From Candidatus Sulfomarinibacter sp. (GTDB lineage Bacteria > Acidobacteriota > Thermoanaerobaculia > Thermoanaerobaculales > Sulfomarinibacteraceae), in contig JBFFBV010000015.1 of the NCBI GenBank assembly GCA_041560205.1, forward strand, positions 1,571 through 65,570: 64,000 bases of DNA. The letters run 5' to 3'. The translations under genes and the position numbers were made by a program. The notes under the pieces were generated by a model, which did no database searches, had not been told where the DNA came from, and worked only from the letters and a program-made list of their open reading frames with translations. Positions 8,177-19,000 of the stretch are shown here, piece after piece (position 1 is the stretch's first letter; the number at the start of each line of letters is the position of its first letter).

Positions 8177-9460
8177 ATGCTCGCCCGTGAACTGTTCCGC
8201 AACGATCCCGAGCGCATCCGCACGATGCTCGGCGACCGCCACACTGAGGCACCGCTCGATCGCTTGCTCGAGGTCGACGCGGCGTGGCGCGAGGTGCTCG
8301 TGCGGGTCGAGGAGCTCAAGGCTCGGCGCAATACGGGCTCGAAGGAGATCGGCGGACTGTATCGCGAGGGGCGGCAGGACGATGCGGAACAGCTCAAGGC
8401 CGAGATGACCGCGCTCGGCGACGAGATCAAGGAGCTCGAAGCCGGCGCCAAGGAATACGAGGTTGAGCTCAACGAGCTTGAGCTCCAGATTCCGAACCTG
8501 TTTGACGACAGCGTCCCGATCGGAGCCGACGAGAAATCCAACCGGACCGAGCGGAGCTGGGGCGAACACCCGGATTTTGATTTCGAGCCCAAGGCCCACT
8601 GGGACCTCGGCCCGGAGCTCGGCGTGGTCGATTTCGAGCGCGCAGCGAAGGTGGCCTCGAGCCGCTTTGCGGTTCTCCGGGGTAAGGGGGCGGCGCTCGA
8701 ACGGGCGCTCATCGCCTACATGCTCGACCTGCAAACCGACGAGCACGGCTATACCGAGATCATTCCGCCCTACCTCGCGAACGAGGCGTCGTTTTACGGC
8801 ACCGGACAGCTGCCGAAGTTTGCCGACGACGTGTTTCGAGTCGAGAACTTCGACCTGTCGCTGATTCCGACCGCCGAGGTTCCGCTGACCAACCTCCACC
8901 GCGACGAGACCCTCGACGAGGAAGACCTGCCCATTCGATACTGCGCATCCACGCCCTGTTTTCGTGCCGAGGCCGGCTCGCACGGCCGCGATGTCCGGGG
9001 TCTGATCCGCCAGCATCAGTTTCACAAAGTCGAGCTGGTCTGCCTGGCACATCCCGAACACTCCTGGCAGCTTCTCGAAGAGCTCACCTCGCACGCCGAG
9101 ACGGCGCTCCAGGGGCTCGAGCTGCCGTACCGCGTGGTGACACTGGCCAGCGGCGACCTCGGGTTTTCGGCCGCCAAAACCTATGACCTCGAGGTCTGGC
9201 TGCCCGCCCTCGGCTGCTACCGCGAGATCTCCTCCTGCACCAATTTCACCGACTTCCAGGCCCGCCGGGCTCGCCTTCGATTCCGGCCTTCCGAGGGCGG
9301 CAAGGCGCGCCTCGTCCACACCCTCAACGGCTCGGCCCTCGCCGCCGGCCGTACCATGGTGGCGGTTTTGGAAAACTACCAGCAGGCCGACGGATCGGTG
9401 GTCGTGCCCGAAGTCCTCCGTCCTTACATGAGCGGGCTCGAGGTCATCGAACCGCAGTAG
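8177..9460 (+). CDS. serS: Seryl-tRNA synthetase
   Basis: 427 aa. N-terminal coiled-coil arm and class II core motifs ([36 protein letters not shown]). Confidence 0.95.
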   Translation: MLARELFRNDPERIRTMLGDRHTEAPLDRLLEVDAAWREVLVRVEELKARRNTGSKEIGGLYREGRQDDAEQLKAEMTALGDEIKELEAGAKEYEVELNELELQIPNLFDDSVPIGADEKSNRTERSWGEHPDFDFEPKAHWDLGPELGVVDFERAAKVASSRFAVLRGKGAALERALIAYMLDLQTDEHGYTEIIPPYLANEASFYGTGQLPKFADDVFRVENFDLSLIPTAEVPLTNLHRDETLDEEDLPIRYCASTPCFRAEAGSHGRDVRGLIRQHQFHKVELVCLAHPEHSWQLLEELTSHAETALQGLELPYRVVTLASGDLGFSAAKTYDLEVWLPALGCYREISSCTNFTDFQARRARLRFRPSEGGKARLVHTLNGSALAAGRTMVAVLENYQQADGSVVVPEVLRPYMSGLEVIEPQ

Positions 9461-9468
9461 CTGTCTGT

Positions 9469-9537
9469 GGGGATGAGGGAGTGAGGGGATGGGAGAATGA
9501 TCGAGCGGAAGTAAGTCCGAGGGGTGGGGCGGGCAGG
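9469..9537 (+). other. Cluster of G-tracts (G-quadruplex-type motif)
   Basis: GGGG-atga-GGG-agtga-GGGG-at-GGG (9469-9493) and GGGG-t-GGGG-c-GGG (9521-9533) on the + strand, in the gap between convergent serS and the HD gene. Confidence 0.5.
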
Positions 9538-9548
9538 TCCTCAGCCCC

Positions 9549-10133
9549 TCATACGCTCATCCCCCGGGGCGGAAGCTCGAGTTGGTCGGCGATAGTCGCC
9601 ATGGCGTCGCGGACGAACTCGATGTGCTCGCCGAGATCGACCCCGAGCTCTTCGGCGCCGTTGCGGACATCGTCGCGGTTGACGCCGCGGGCGAAGGCCT
9701 TGTCCTTGAGCTTCTTCTTGACCGACTTCACCTTGACCTCGGCAACTGCCTTGTCGGGGCGGACCAGCGCGCAGGCAGTCAGGAAACCCGACAGCTCATC
9801 AACGGCAAAAAGCGTCTTGGCGGCACGACTTTCGCGCGGAATGCCCATGTACTCGGCGTGGGACGCGACAATCCGGATCCAATCCTGCGGCCAGCCACGT
9901 TCCTCGAGAATCTTCATGCCGACGTGGACATGGGTCTCTTCGGTCGGGTTCTGCTGATAGTCGAAGTCGTGGATCAGACCGATCACGCCCCACATCTCTT
10001 CGTCCTCGCCGAATGATCTGGCGTATGCCCGCATCGCCGCTTCAACGCCGAGAGCGTGTTTGATCAGGCTCGGGTTGTCGGTGTACTCGGTGAGCAGCGC
10101 CCAGGCTTCATCACGCGTCGGTGTCTCGCCCAT
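9549..10133 (-). CDS. HD-domain metal-dependent phosphohydrolase
   Basis: ATG 10133 with GGAGG 5 nt upstream. HALGVEAAMR...GLIHDFDY gives the H...HD motif. The extension to 10235 would translate the hexamer repeat as GNGNGNGNG and is rejected. Confidence 0.8.
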   Translation of the reverse strand: MGETPTRDEAWALLTEYTDNPSLIKHALGVEAAMRAYARSFGEDEEMWGVIGLIHDFDYQQNPTEETHVHVGMKILEERGWPQDWIRIVASHAEYMGIPRESRAAKTLFAVDELSGFLTACALVRPDKAVAEVKVKSVKKKLKDKAFARGVNRDDVRNGAEELGVDLGEHIEFVRDAMATIADQLELPPRGMSV

Positions 10134-10164
10134 CTTTGCCTCCGGCGCAGAAGTATAGCTGCCG

Positions 10165-10194
10165 TCCCCGTTCCCGTTCCCGTTCCCGTTCCCG
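10165..10194. repeat. Tandem hexanucleotide repeat tccccg + (ttcccg)x4
   Basis: Perfect tandem array read directly. It lies just upstream of a -10-like TATACT (10152-10157, minus strand) of the HD gene. Confidence 0.85.
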
Positions 10195-10310
10195 AAGTGT
10201 ACGCTCGACACGGGATTGGCTGTTCGTGAACGCAACAGCCTTCAATCGAGACGATTTCTCGAAAATCTACCTATTGCATCAATTTTTTTGCTCATTCTGC
10301 ACAAAATCTA

Positions 10311-10339
10311 TTGACATAATTCATTTCATGCCCCAATAT
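10311..10339 (+). promoter_or_regulatory. Sigma70-like promoter candidate for glnA
   Basis: TTGACA (10311-10316), 17 nt, CAATAT (10334-10339), inside the only AT-rich patch of this region. This places the ATG at 10328 inside the promoter. Confidence 0.5.
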
Positions 10340-10369
10340 CCATCAAACGACACGCCTGGAGGCAACACC

Positions 10370-11701
<1,332 letters not shown>

Positions 11702-11721
11702 TCGAAAGGCTGGAGATGCCT

Positions 11722-11753
11722 GGCCCCACCGGCGTCGGTGGGGCCTTTGTGTT
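11722..11753 (+). terminator. Rho-independent terminator after glnA
   Basis: ggccccaccg-gcgt-cggtggggcc (10-bp stem) followed by tttgtgtt, 20 nt after the glnA stop. Confidence 0.7.
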
Positions 11754-11770
11754 GCACGCCGATCCGGTGT

Positions 11771-12577
11771 TCACGGAAAGAGGGTGGGCCGGACGTTGAC
11801 GTTGACTTCGGACACGTCAGCGACTGAACAGGCGAGAGCCGTGATCTGGTCACGGACCTTCGCCTCCTGCGCGAGCGGGGCCTCGACGTCGATGAAGACA
11901 ACACCGTCAGCGGCCGACAGACGGGCGCCCGGCCACTCACAGATCACCGTGCTTCGCACCCTCGCTGCCAACAGCAGGTTCTGCAGGTTGAGTTGAGACG
12001 CCTCAGTGGTCTCGAAGCAGGGGCTCTTCGATGCCGTCATGCAGATGATCTCCACCGCGCACTCGACCTCCATGGCGGCGACATTGATGACCAGGTCGTA
12101 CAGCGAGGCGTCGAGCGTGTCGACGCCGTAGAGGGACAAGGCCCAGTGACGACGTTCCTCATCGTCCTTCCTGAGGATTTTGCGCGCTTCCTTCTCGCTG
12201 ATGTTTTCGCGTTGCATCTCGAGGCGGACCCGATCCTCCATGTCGGCAATGATCCGCACCTTGAGCACGTGGTCGACGCCGCGCAAAAAGAAATGGCCTG
12301 CGAGGCCATGGTAGACGACTTTGTCGCACTGAACCTGTTCGAGAAGGGCTTGCTGGATGAAGGCGACATACCGCTCCTTACCGTGCGAGAAGCGCTCGAG
12401 CACGGATGGTGCATCGTGCAGTGCGCGCACAAGCCGGATTTCCGGGATGTTGAACTCTTCCGAAGCCTGCAGGAGGATGTCTCGCGACAGCAGCGAGTAG
12501 CCGAGCTTGTCAGCGACCTTTTCTGCGATTTCTTTCCCCCGCGAATAGGAACCCCGCGAGATCGTGATGATTGCCAT
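11771..12577 (-). CDS. Cytidylate-kinase-like family protein with extra C-terminal domain
   Basis: ATG 12577. The N-terminus MAIITISRGSYSRGKEIAEKVA is the degenerate P-loop start typical of the cytidylate-kinase-like (PF13189-type) family. About 90 aa at the C-terminus are unassigned. Confidence 0.7.
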   Translation of the reverse strand: MAIITISRGSYSRGKEIAEKVADKLGYSLLSRDILLQASEEFNIPEIRLVRALHDAPSVLERFSHGKERYVAFIQQALLEQVQCDKVVYHGLAGHFFLRGVDHVLKVRIIADMEDRVRLEMQRENISEKEARKILRKDDEERRHWALSLYGVDTLDASLYDLVINVAAMEVECAVEIICMTASKSPCFETTEASQLNLQNLLLAARVRSTVICEWPGARLSAADGVVFIDVEAPLAQEAKVRDQITALACSVADVSEVNVNVRPTLFP

Positions 12578-12662
12578 GGCCGATGTACTCCGTTGGAACC
12601 CCTGGTCGGGGTTGCGAAGTGTACCACCACACGCTCCCGCCACGCTTGGCGTGCACGGCGAA

Positions 12663-12684
12663 AATGTTACCCACGAGTAACATT
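12663..12684. promoter_or_regulatory. Perfect palindrome AATGTTAC-N6-GTAACATT (operator candidate)
   Basis: 8-bp arms read directly. It lies in the 483-bp divergent intergenic region between the two cytidylate-kinase-like paralogues. Confidence 0.4.
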
Positions 12685-12758
12685 CAGCGGCCGCGAAGGG
12701 CTCCCCGCCACCCCCCTTGAATAGCTACTAAGCAGCCGCGAACGAGGATCTTCAGTGA

Positions 12759-12779
12759 ATTGAGACAGGAAATCTCAAT
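12759..12779. promoter_or_regulatory. Palindrome ATTGAGA-N7-TCTCAAT
   Basis: 7-bp arms in the same divergent intergenic region. Confidence 0.3.
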
Positions 12780-13060
12780 GGCATGTATTTTGCTCGAATC
12801 CTACCCGGCCCCGGTGCCGTGGATGACCTCGTCGCGGACGATGCGGCGGACATCCCTCCGACACGAGGCAGTGTTGTTTCGAAGCGGTGAACTCAGCGCC
12901 CGGTTGGCGAGTCGGAATCGCGTTGCCCACGCGATGTGGGATCCGATTGCCAAAAGAGCCGCTGCAGAACGACTTTCGCGTCGTCCGGTCACAACTCAGG
13001 CGTACACTGGTCCAACCGCCGGTCTTCAACCGGAGAGTTCGTTTCGGGGGTTCCATATCC

Positions 13061-14488
13061 ATGGCCATCATCACGATTTCTAGGGGAATCTGCAGCGGTG
13101 GCGCCCATTTGGCGGACGAGTTGCATGCAATCCTCGGTTGGAAATCCCTCAGTCAAGAGGATGTATCGACCGCCGCGGCACAGGCCTACCGGATGACCGA
13201 ACAGGAGCTCTTTCGAGGGCTGTACCTGCCAGCCAACTTCTTCGAACGCTTCACCCACCGCAAGACACGCTACCTCCTCGCCACCCAGGCAACGGTCACC
13301 GAGTTGCTCGCCGACGGCAACGGTATCTATCACGGACTCGCCGGGCAATTCCTTTTCGCCGATCTCTGCAACGCCTTCAAGGTACGGATCGTCGCACCGA
13401 TGGACTATCGGATCGAAAATGCGATGCAGCGTTTCGGTCTGAAGAAGGACGAGGCCCGGCGTCACATTCACGACGCCGATGAATACCGTTCTCGGTGGGG
13501 GCGACAGATCTTCCACGCTGATATCACCGACACCGCCCTTTATGACCTGGTCGTCAACCTCGAACACCTGAGCATCGACAGGGCCGCGAAGATGATCGCC
13601 GAAACCATGGAGGGAGAGGACTACCAGCCCACACCGCAGTGCGTTCAGGAGTATCGGGACTTCGCTCTCGAAAGGCGGGTCAAGGCAGAGCTCTTTTTCA
13701 ACTCGCCCTTCACTCCAGAAATAGCCCGGGTCGAGGTTCGGAACTCCGAGGTTTTCTTGTCCGGAGACAAGTCCTTTGCGGCGTCGGAGAGCGGCCTCAT
13801 CGAATTCGTCGGCAAGATTCGGGGGGTCGAAAAAATCACCACGGATCACGGCACAGTCGGTACCGCGGATATCCGGCTCGATTCGGACTTTGCCCTGTCG
13901 TCACGCGACGCCAAGGCTCGTGACGTGATGTTGCCGCCGGAGAGGTATCCGCACTGCAGGTTGAGCTGTACGATCCGCGAGGCGGTCGTCGCTCTCAGCG
14001 CGTCTGCCATCAAGCTCCAGGACGGCTACATCATGTTGCCGCGCTATGTGTTGGTTCTGGACAACGACGACCGCTTGGTGGGTGTGGTCAGCCGGCGCGA
14101 GCTTCTCAAGGGCCTGATCCCTCACCTGCACGAGGATCGAGAGGCCGCGGCCCACATCAAAGAGTTGGTGCCCTTCGGAGGCGCGATGCCGAGCGAGGTG
14201 GCCATTCGATGGACATCTCTGTTCTCGCGTTCGGCCATCGAAGCTTCGATGACGCCGATCCAAACCGTCATGGTGCCGATCAAGGGCACCGTCCAGTGCG
14301 AGGATACGCTGTCGACGGTGATCTCGACGATGCTCTTCCACGGGGTCGATCTGGTTGCGGTCCTCGATGGCGAAAAGGTGGCGGGCGTCGTCCTGATGAC
14401 CAACATCTTCGACATCGTCGCGCAGTTCATCATGGAGTACGGACAGCCCGTCGTGCCCGAAGGCGGCAAGGACGGCGACGATGCCTGA
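13061..14488 (+). CDS. Cytidylate-kinase-like / BON-like / CBS-pair fusion protein
   Basis: ATG 13061. Paralogous N-terminus MAIITISRGICSGGAHLADEL. Middle segment VEVRNSEVFLSGDKSF...IRGVEKI looks BON-like. The C-terminus has two CBS-like repeats (VLDNDDRLVGVVSRRELL and VLDGEKVAGVVLMTNIF). Confidence 0.7.
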   Translation: MAIITISRGICSGGAHLADELHAILGWKSLSQEDVSTAAAQAYRMTEQELFRGLYLPANFFERFTHRKTRYLLATQATVTELLADGNGIYHGLAGQFLFADLCNAFKVRIVAPMDYRIENAMQRFGLKKDEARRHIHDADEYRSRWGRQIFHADITDTALYDLVVNLEHLSIDRAAKMIAETMEGEDYQPTPQCVQEYRDFALERRVKAELFFNSPFTPEIARVEVRNSEVFLSGDKSFAASESGLIEFVGKIRGVEKITTDHGTVGTADIRLDSDFALSSRDAKARDVMLPPERYPHCRLSCTIREAVVALSASAIKLQDGYIMLPRYVLVLDNDDRLVGVVSRRELLKGLIPHLHEDREAAAHIKELVPFGGAMPSEVAIRWTSLFSRSAIEASMTPIQTVMVPIKGTVQCEDTLSTVISTMLFHGVDLVAVLDGEKVAGVVLMTNIFDIVAQFIMEYGQPVVPEGGKDGDDA

Positions 14489-16055
14489 AGCCCTGCCAAA
14501 CGCCGCTTTCGAACCCGGGGCGAAACCCCGCCGGCGTTGGACGATCCGATTCCGGAAAAAACCCGAAAAAGCGATCGACTGGAAACGGCTCATCTTCCTT
14601 TTTCTCGGCGTCTCGCTTTTCTTCGCGGTCTTCCTGTCACCACCGTGGCCCGATGCAATCGACCCAATGGGGGAGGCGTTCGCGCTCAGCTCCCAAGGTA
14701 AGGCGGCGCTCGGTCTGTTTCTCTTGGCCGCCGTGTGGTGGGTCTTCGAGGTCGTGCCGATCGGCGTCACCAGCATCACGATCGCCGTTGTTCAGGTCCT
14801 CTTCCTGATTCGTCCGGACGTCATGCTGGTCGGCGGCACCGATCCGGTTCGTGGCGGCGAGCTTGCATTCAAGGAGTTCATGCACCCTTCAGTATGGTTC
14901 ATCTTCGGCTCGATCGTCATCGGCATGGTTTTCACGAAAACAGGTCTGACCAAGCGGCTGGCGTACAAGATGCTGGTCCTGGTCGGCGAGAAGACGAGCC
15001 GTATCTACCTCGGCTGCTTCATCATGACCGCCGTTCTCACCCACGTCATGGCGCACACCGCGGTCGCCGCCACCATCTTCCCGCTGCTGGTCGCCATCTA
15101 CCGCCTCTACGAGGAAGGCGACGAGCCGACCCGATTCGGCAAGGGGCTGTTCATGGGAATGGCCTATGTCGCCGGCGCCGGCAGCATCGTCACCCTGCTC
15201 GGTGCGGCGCGCGGCGCGGTCGCCCTCGGTTTCTACAAGGAGATCACCGGCGGGGACGTCAGCTTCTTCGGCCTCACCTGGTACATGTTCCCCATCGGGT
15301 GGGCGATGGTCTTTGCCCTGTGGGCCTTCTTCATGGTTTACTACAAACCGGAACGGGCATCGATCCCCGGGCTCAGAGAACGCGCCAGGGACCTCTACAC
15401 CAACCTCGGACCGATCACCACCAAGGAGATCCAGGCTGCGGTCATCGTGCTCTCGGCGGTTTCGGTCATGAGCCTCCGCTCCTTTATCCCGGCCCTCAAG
15501 AACGTCGACAAGAGCGGAGTCATCCTGACAGCCACGGTGCTCTTTTTCGTGCTCAAGATTCTCGACATCGGCGACCTCGAAGACGTGCCGTGGAACATCA
15601 TCCTGCTCTTCGGCGGCGCCATGAGTCTTGGCTACTGTCTGGTCCTCACCGGCGCGGCGGACTGGTTAGCCATCAACACCGTATCGCTGCTCCAATCGGC
15701 GCCCGCTTTGGTCTTCATCATCGGCATGGCGACATTTGTCATGATCATGACCAACCTCATCATGAACGTCGCCGCAATCGCCATCTGCCTCCCGGTCGCT
15801 CTCAAGGTGGCGCCGTACCTCGGCGTCGGCGGCGAGGTGATCCTGTTCAGCGCGCTGGTGGTGGCCGGAATGCCGTTCCTGTTGCTTGTCGGCGCAGCTC
15901 CCAACGCCATTGCCTACGAGAGCAAACAGTTCACATCGGGCGAGTTCTTCAAGGCCGGAGTTCCGGCGAGCATCACGCTCATTATCGTCACCGCGGTCTT
16001 CGTGATTTTCATCTGGCCAGTGATGGGCATGGAGGTGATCATTCCCACTCCATGA
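14481..16055 (+). CDS. SLC13/DASS-type anion:cation symporter (ArsB/NhaD permease superfamily)
   Basis: Overlaps the upstream gene by 8 nt. About 12 TM segments. Duplicated hairpin-type motifs HTAVAATIFPLL and MNVAAIAICLPV. Confidence 0.75.
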   Translation: MPEALPNAAFEPGAKPRRRWTIRFRKKPEKAIDWKRLIFLFLGVSLFFAVFLSPPWPDAIDPMGEAFALSSQGKAALGLFLLAAVWWVFEVVPIGVTSITIAVVQVLFLIRPDVMLVGGTDPVRGGELAFKEFMHPSVWFIFGSIVIGMVFTKTGLTKRLAYKMLVLVGEKTSRIYLGCFIMTAVLTHVMAHTAVAATIFPLLVAIYRLYEEGDEPTRFGKGLFMGMAYVAGAGSIVTLLGAARGAVALGFYKEITGGDVSFFGLTWYMFPIGWAMVFALWAFFMVYYKPERASIPGLRERARDLYTNLGPITTKEIQAAVIVLSAVSVMSLRSFIPALKNVDKSGVILTATVLFFVLKILDIGDLEDVPWNIILLFGGAMSLGYCLVLTGAADWLAINTVSLLQSAPALVFIIGMATFVMIMTNLIMNVAAIAICLPVALKVAPYLGVGGEVILFSALVVAGMPFLLLVGAAPNAIAYESKQFTSGEFFKAGVPASITLIIVTAVFVIFIWPVMGMEVIIPTP

Positions 16056-16100
16056 TCTGTCGTGGGCTGGCCGTGAACCGAATACTTCGGAGGGCAATGC

Positions 16101-16727
16101 ATGCCGACCTCGAAACTGATTTCCGGGCATCGACGATTCAGGGAGAAGTTCGAATCCGACCACGAGGTCTTCGCGAAGCTCGCCGAGGAAGGCCAGAATC
16201 CCAAGGTGATGTGGATCGGGTGTGCGGATTCGCGCGTCGTGCCCGAGCTCATCACCGGCGCCGATCCCGGAGAGCTCTTCGACGTCCGCAACATCGCCAA
16301 CGTCGTCCCTCCGGCGGCGTCCGGGGCCTGCGCCACCGGTGCCGCGGTCGAGTACGCGGTCATTCACCTCAAGGTACGGCACATCGTGGTCTGCGGCCAC
16401 ACCGAGTGCGGCGGGGTGAGGGCCCTCGAGGGCTTCCCTGATACCGACAACGAACCCCACATCACCTCGTGGTTGGAGTACGTGCGGCCCGCTCGCAATC
16501 GTGTTCTCGACGCCGGGGTTCCCGACAACGACCAGTATCTCGAAACCATCAAGGCCAATGCCCTGATGCAGTGTGAGAACCTCCGCACCTATCCCTGCGT
16601 CGCGCACGCGGAGAAGACGGGCGAGCTTTCGATCCACGCCTGGTTGTACGATCTCCACACCGGCACGATCTCCGCCTACGACGAAGTTTCCGCGACATGG
16701 GCCGCGGTGGCCGAGCAGCTGCCATGA
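16101..16727 (+). CDS. Beta-class carbonic anhydrase
   Basis: 208 aa. CADSRV and HTECGG carry the Cys / His-x-x-Cys zinc ligands and the Asp-Arg dyad of beta-CA. Confidence 0.9.
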   Translation: MPTSKLISGHRRFREKFESDHEVFAKLAEEGQNPKVMWIGCADSRVVPELITGADPGELFDVRNIANVVPPAASGACATGAAVEYAVIHLKVRHIVVCGHTECGGVRALEGFPDTDNEPHITSWLEYVRPARNRVLDAGVPDNDQYLETIKANALMQCENLRTYPCVAHAEKTGELSIHAWLYDLHTGTISAYDEVSATWAAVAEQLP

Positions 16728-16779
16728 GGCAACACCGGAAGATCATCCATAGGCCGACCAGCGTTCACTGCGCTACCAT

Positions 16780-18546
16780 GTGCACCACCTGGGACCCGGC
16801 TCGGGGGAATCGATGACACCGTCCAACGGCGCTGAACATGCACCCGTCCGACGCTTCAGCGTGCCGACAGCAACTGCCGTGCTGGCACTGATCATCATTG
16901 CGCCCCTGGTGATCACCGGCGCCGTCAATCTCTACCAATTCCGCCAGGCCTACCACGCCAAGGTCACGAACGAGCTGTCGGTCATGATCGAGCGGCACAG
17001 CTTGACCGTTGACTCCTTCATCAACGATCGGCTGAGCGACGTTCGGGTCATTGCCCGCGAGCACCCCATCGAGCGACTTCAGGATTCCGAGTTCCTGCGT
17101 CGCGTGCTCAATCTCATGCGCGAGGAGTACCACGGTGCCTTTGTCGATCTCGGGCTCGTCGATTCCAGCGGCGTTCAAGTGGCATATGCGGGGCCCTTCA
17201 ACCTCCAGATGGCCGACTACTCGACCGCTGCCTGGTTTCAGAACGCGGCGGCCAGTGAAAGCGTGATCAGCGACGTCTTTGCCGGCTTACGCGGGTCCCC
17301 ACACTTTATCGTCGCAACCCAGAAGACGGCGGGCAGCGAGCACTACGTGATCAAGGCAACCATCGATTTCGAGGCCTTCAACGCCTTGGTTGAAAACCTG
17401 CGCATCGGCAACACCGGCTTTGCCTTCATCATCAACCGCGGCGGCGCGTTCCAGACCAACCCCCATTTCGAGGTTGCCCTCAATCGTCCGCCGTGGGTCG
17501 ATCTGCTCGATGGTCGCATCCGCGCCGACCGCATCTCGGTGCTGGAGGGCGACGATGTGCTCGGCCGCGCGGCGATCTTCACCATTGCTCCGCTCAAACA
17601 CGGGCAGTGGTTTCTGTGTTACCAGCAGGAAAGATCAGACGCATTCGCCGAGCTCCGTCGGGTTCAGGATTTCGCAGCTGCGGTGCTGATCATTGTTTCG
17701 TTGGCAGCGGTTTTCGCGGGTTACCTCATCTCCCGTAACCTGGCCCAGCGTCTGGCCGACGCGTACCGGGAACGGACCGTCATGGCCCACCAGGTGATTG
17801 AAACCGGACGCCTCGCATCAATCGGCGAGCTCGCCGCCGGCATCGCCCATGAGATCAACAACCCGGTGGCGATCATGGTCCAGGAGGCCGGCTGGATCGA
17901 CGATCTGCTCGGCGAGGGCGAGCCGTGCAGTGAAGAGAATCTCGACGAGATCACCCGTGCGGTCGGCCAGATCCGCACCCAGGGCGATCGCTGTAAGGAG
18001 ATCACCTACAAGCTGCTCAGCTTCGCGCGCAAGACCGACCCGACAATCCGCGAGGTAGAACTCAATGAGGTGGTTGACGAGGTCATCGGCCTGACCAGCC
18101 AGAAGACCCGCTACGCGAACGTCCGTGTCGAAACCGACCTGAGCCCGGATCTGCCGACGATCCAGGCCTCTCCGTCCGAGCTCCAGCAGGTGCTCCTCAA
18201 CCTGGTCAACAACGCCATCGATGCGATCGAACGGCCCGGCGGCACCGTCACCGTGGCCACGAGATCCGACGGCGACGGCGTCATCCTCGAGGTTCGGGAC
18301 ACCGGCAAGGGCATTCCGGAGGCCAACCTCGGCCGGATCTTCGACCCCTTTTTCACCACCAAACCGGTCGGCCAGGGCACCGGTCTCGGTCTGCCGATCT
18401 GCTACGGCATCGTCGAGAAGATGGGCGGACGGATCGGCGTCGAAAGTGAAATCGAAAAGGGCACCACATTCACCGTGTTCATTCCTCGGACGGCCCCCGA
18501 GAGCTCGACACACGGTGAATCCACCGCCGCGGGAGAACGGTCATGA
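16780..18546 (+). CDS. Sensor histidine kinase with periplasmic Cache-like domain
   Basis: TM, about 250 aa periplasmic Cache-like region, then a second TM. H-box [12 protein letters not shown]-box [12 protein letters not shown]1 DTGKGI, G2 GTGLGL. Start is GTG 16780 or ATG 16813. Confidence 0.85.
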   Translation: MHHLGPGSGESMTPSNGAEHAPVRRFSVPTATAVLALIIIAPLVITGAVNLYQFRQAYHAKVTNELSVMIERHSLTVDSFINDRLSDVRVIAREHPIERLQDSEFLRRVLNLMREEYHGAFVDLGLVDSSGVQVAYAGPFNLQMADYSTAAWFQNAAASESVISDVFAGLRGSPHFIVATQKTAGSEHYVIKATIDFEAFNALVENLRIGNTGFAFIINRGGAFQTNPHFEVALNRPPWVDLLDGRIRADRISVLEGDDVLGRAAIFTIAPLKHGQWFLCYQQERSDAFAELRRVQDFAAAVLIIVSLAAVFAGYLISRNLAQRLADAYRERTVMAHQVIETGRLASIGELAAGIAHEINNPVAIMVQEAGWIDDLLGEGEPCSEENLDEITRAVGQIRTQGDRCKEITYKLLSFARKTDPTIREVELNEVVDEVIGLTSQKTRYANVRVETDLSPDLPTIQASPSELQQVLLNLVNNAIDAIERPGGTVTVATRSDGDGVILEVRDTGKGIPEANLGRIFDPFFTTKPVGQGTGLGLPICYGIVEKMGGRIGVESEIEKGTTFTVFIPRTAPESSTHGESTAAGERS

Positions 18547-18983
18547 TGGAACCCACAGTCCTCGTCGTCGACGACGAGGTCGCCTTCGTTGAAACGCTCG
18601 TCAAACGTCTCGTTAAACGGGACCTTCGTGTGCTTGCGGCCTACAGTGGTCCCGAAGCGCTCGCGAAGCTCGAAGCCAGCGGACCGACCAAGGTCGACGT
18701 GGTCATCCTCGACGTCAAGATGCCGGGCATGGATGGGCTTGAAACGCTCGCTCGCATCAAGGAACAGCAGCCTCTGATCGAGGTCGTCATGCTCACCGGT
18801 CACGCGACCGTCGAGTCCGCGATCGACGGCATGAAGAAGGGCGCCTTCGATTACCTGATGAAACCCTGCGAAGTCGACCTCCTGCTGGAGAAGATCAACC
18901 AAGCGACGACCAAGAAACGTGAGCACGAAGCAAAGATCCTGGAGGCGAAAGCATCCCTCATCTCGCTGCGGAGGGGAGACTGA
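18543..18983 (+). CDS. Stand-alone response-regulator receiver with coiled-coil tail
   Basis: ATGA overlap with the kinase stop. VVDDE, ILDVKMPGMDG, LTGHA and YLMKP retain all phospho-acceptor residues. No output domain. Confidence 0.85.
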   Translation: MMEPTVLVVDDEVAFVETLVKRLVKRDLRVLAAYSGPEALAKLEASGPTKVDVVILDVKMPGMDGLETLARIKEQQPLIEVVMLTGHATVESAIDGMKKGAFDYLMKPCEVDLLLEKINQATTKKREHEAKILEAKASLISLRRGD

Positions 18984-18997
18984 GAGAGAGAGAGAGA
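18982..18997. repeat. (GA)8 dinucleotide repeat
   Basis: gagagagagagagaga lies between the stop at 18981-18983 and ATG 19001 and doubles as the purine-rich RBS region of the second receiver gene. Confidence 0.9.
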
Positions 18998-19000
18998 AAG

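Noticed and set aside
7982-9319. 445-aa ORF on the - strand
   Set aside because: It is antisense to serS and has no recognisable motifs.
9549-10235. Longer start (10235) for the HD hydrolase, giving an N-terminal GNGNGNGNG tail
   Set aside because: The internal ATG 10133 has a well-spaced GGAGG and a -10-like element. The extension consists largely of the translated hexamer microsatellite.
14735-16441. 568-aa ORF on the + strand
   Set aside because: It is an out-of-frame overlap of the DASS permease and carbonic anhydrase genes. The translation is extremely Arg/His/Gly-rich.
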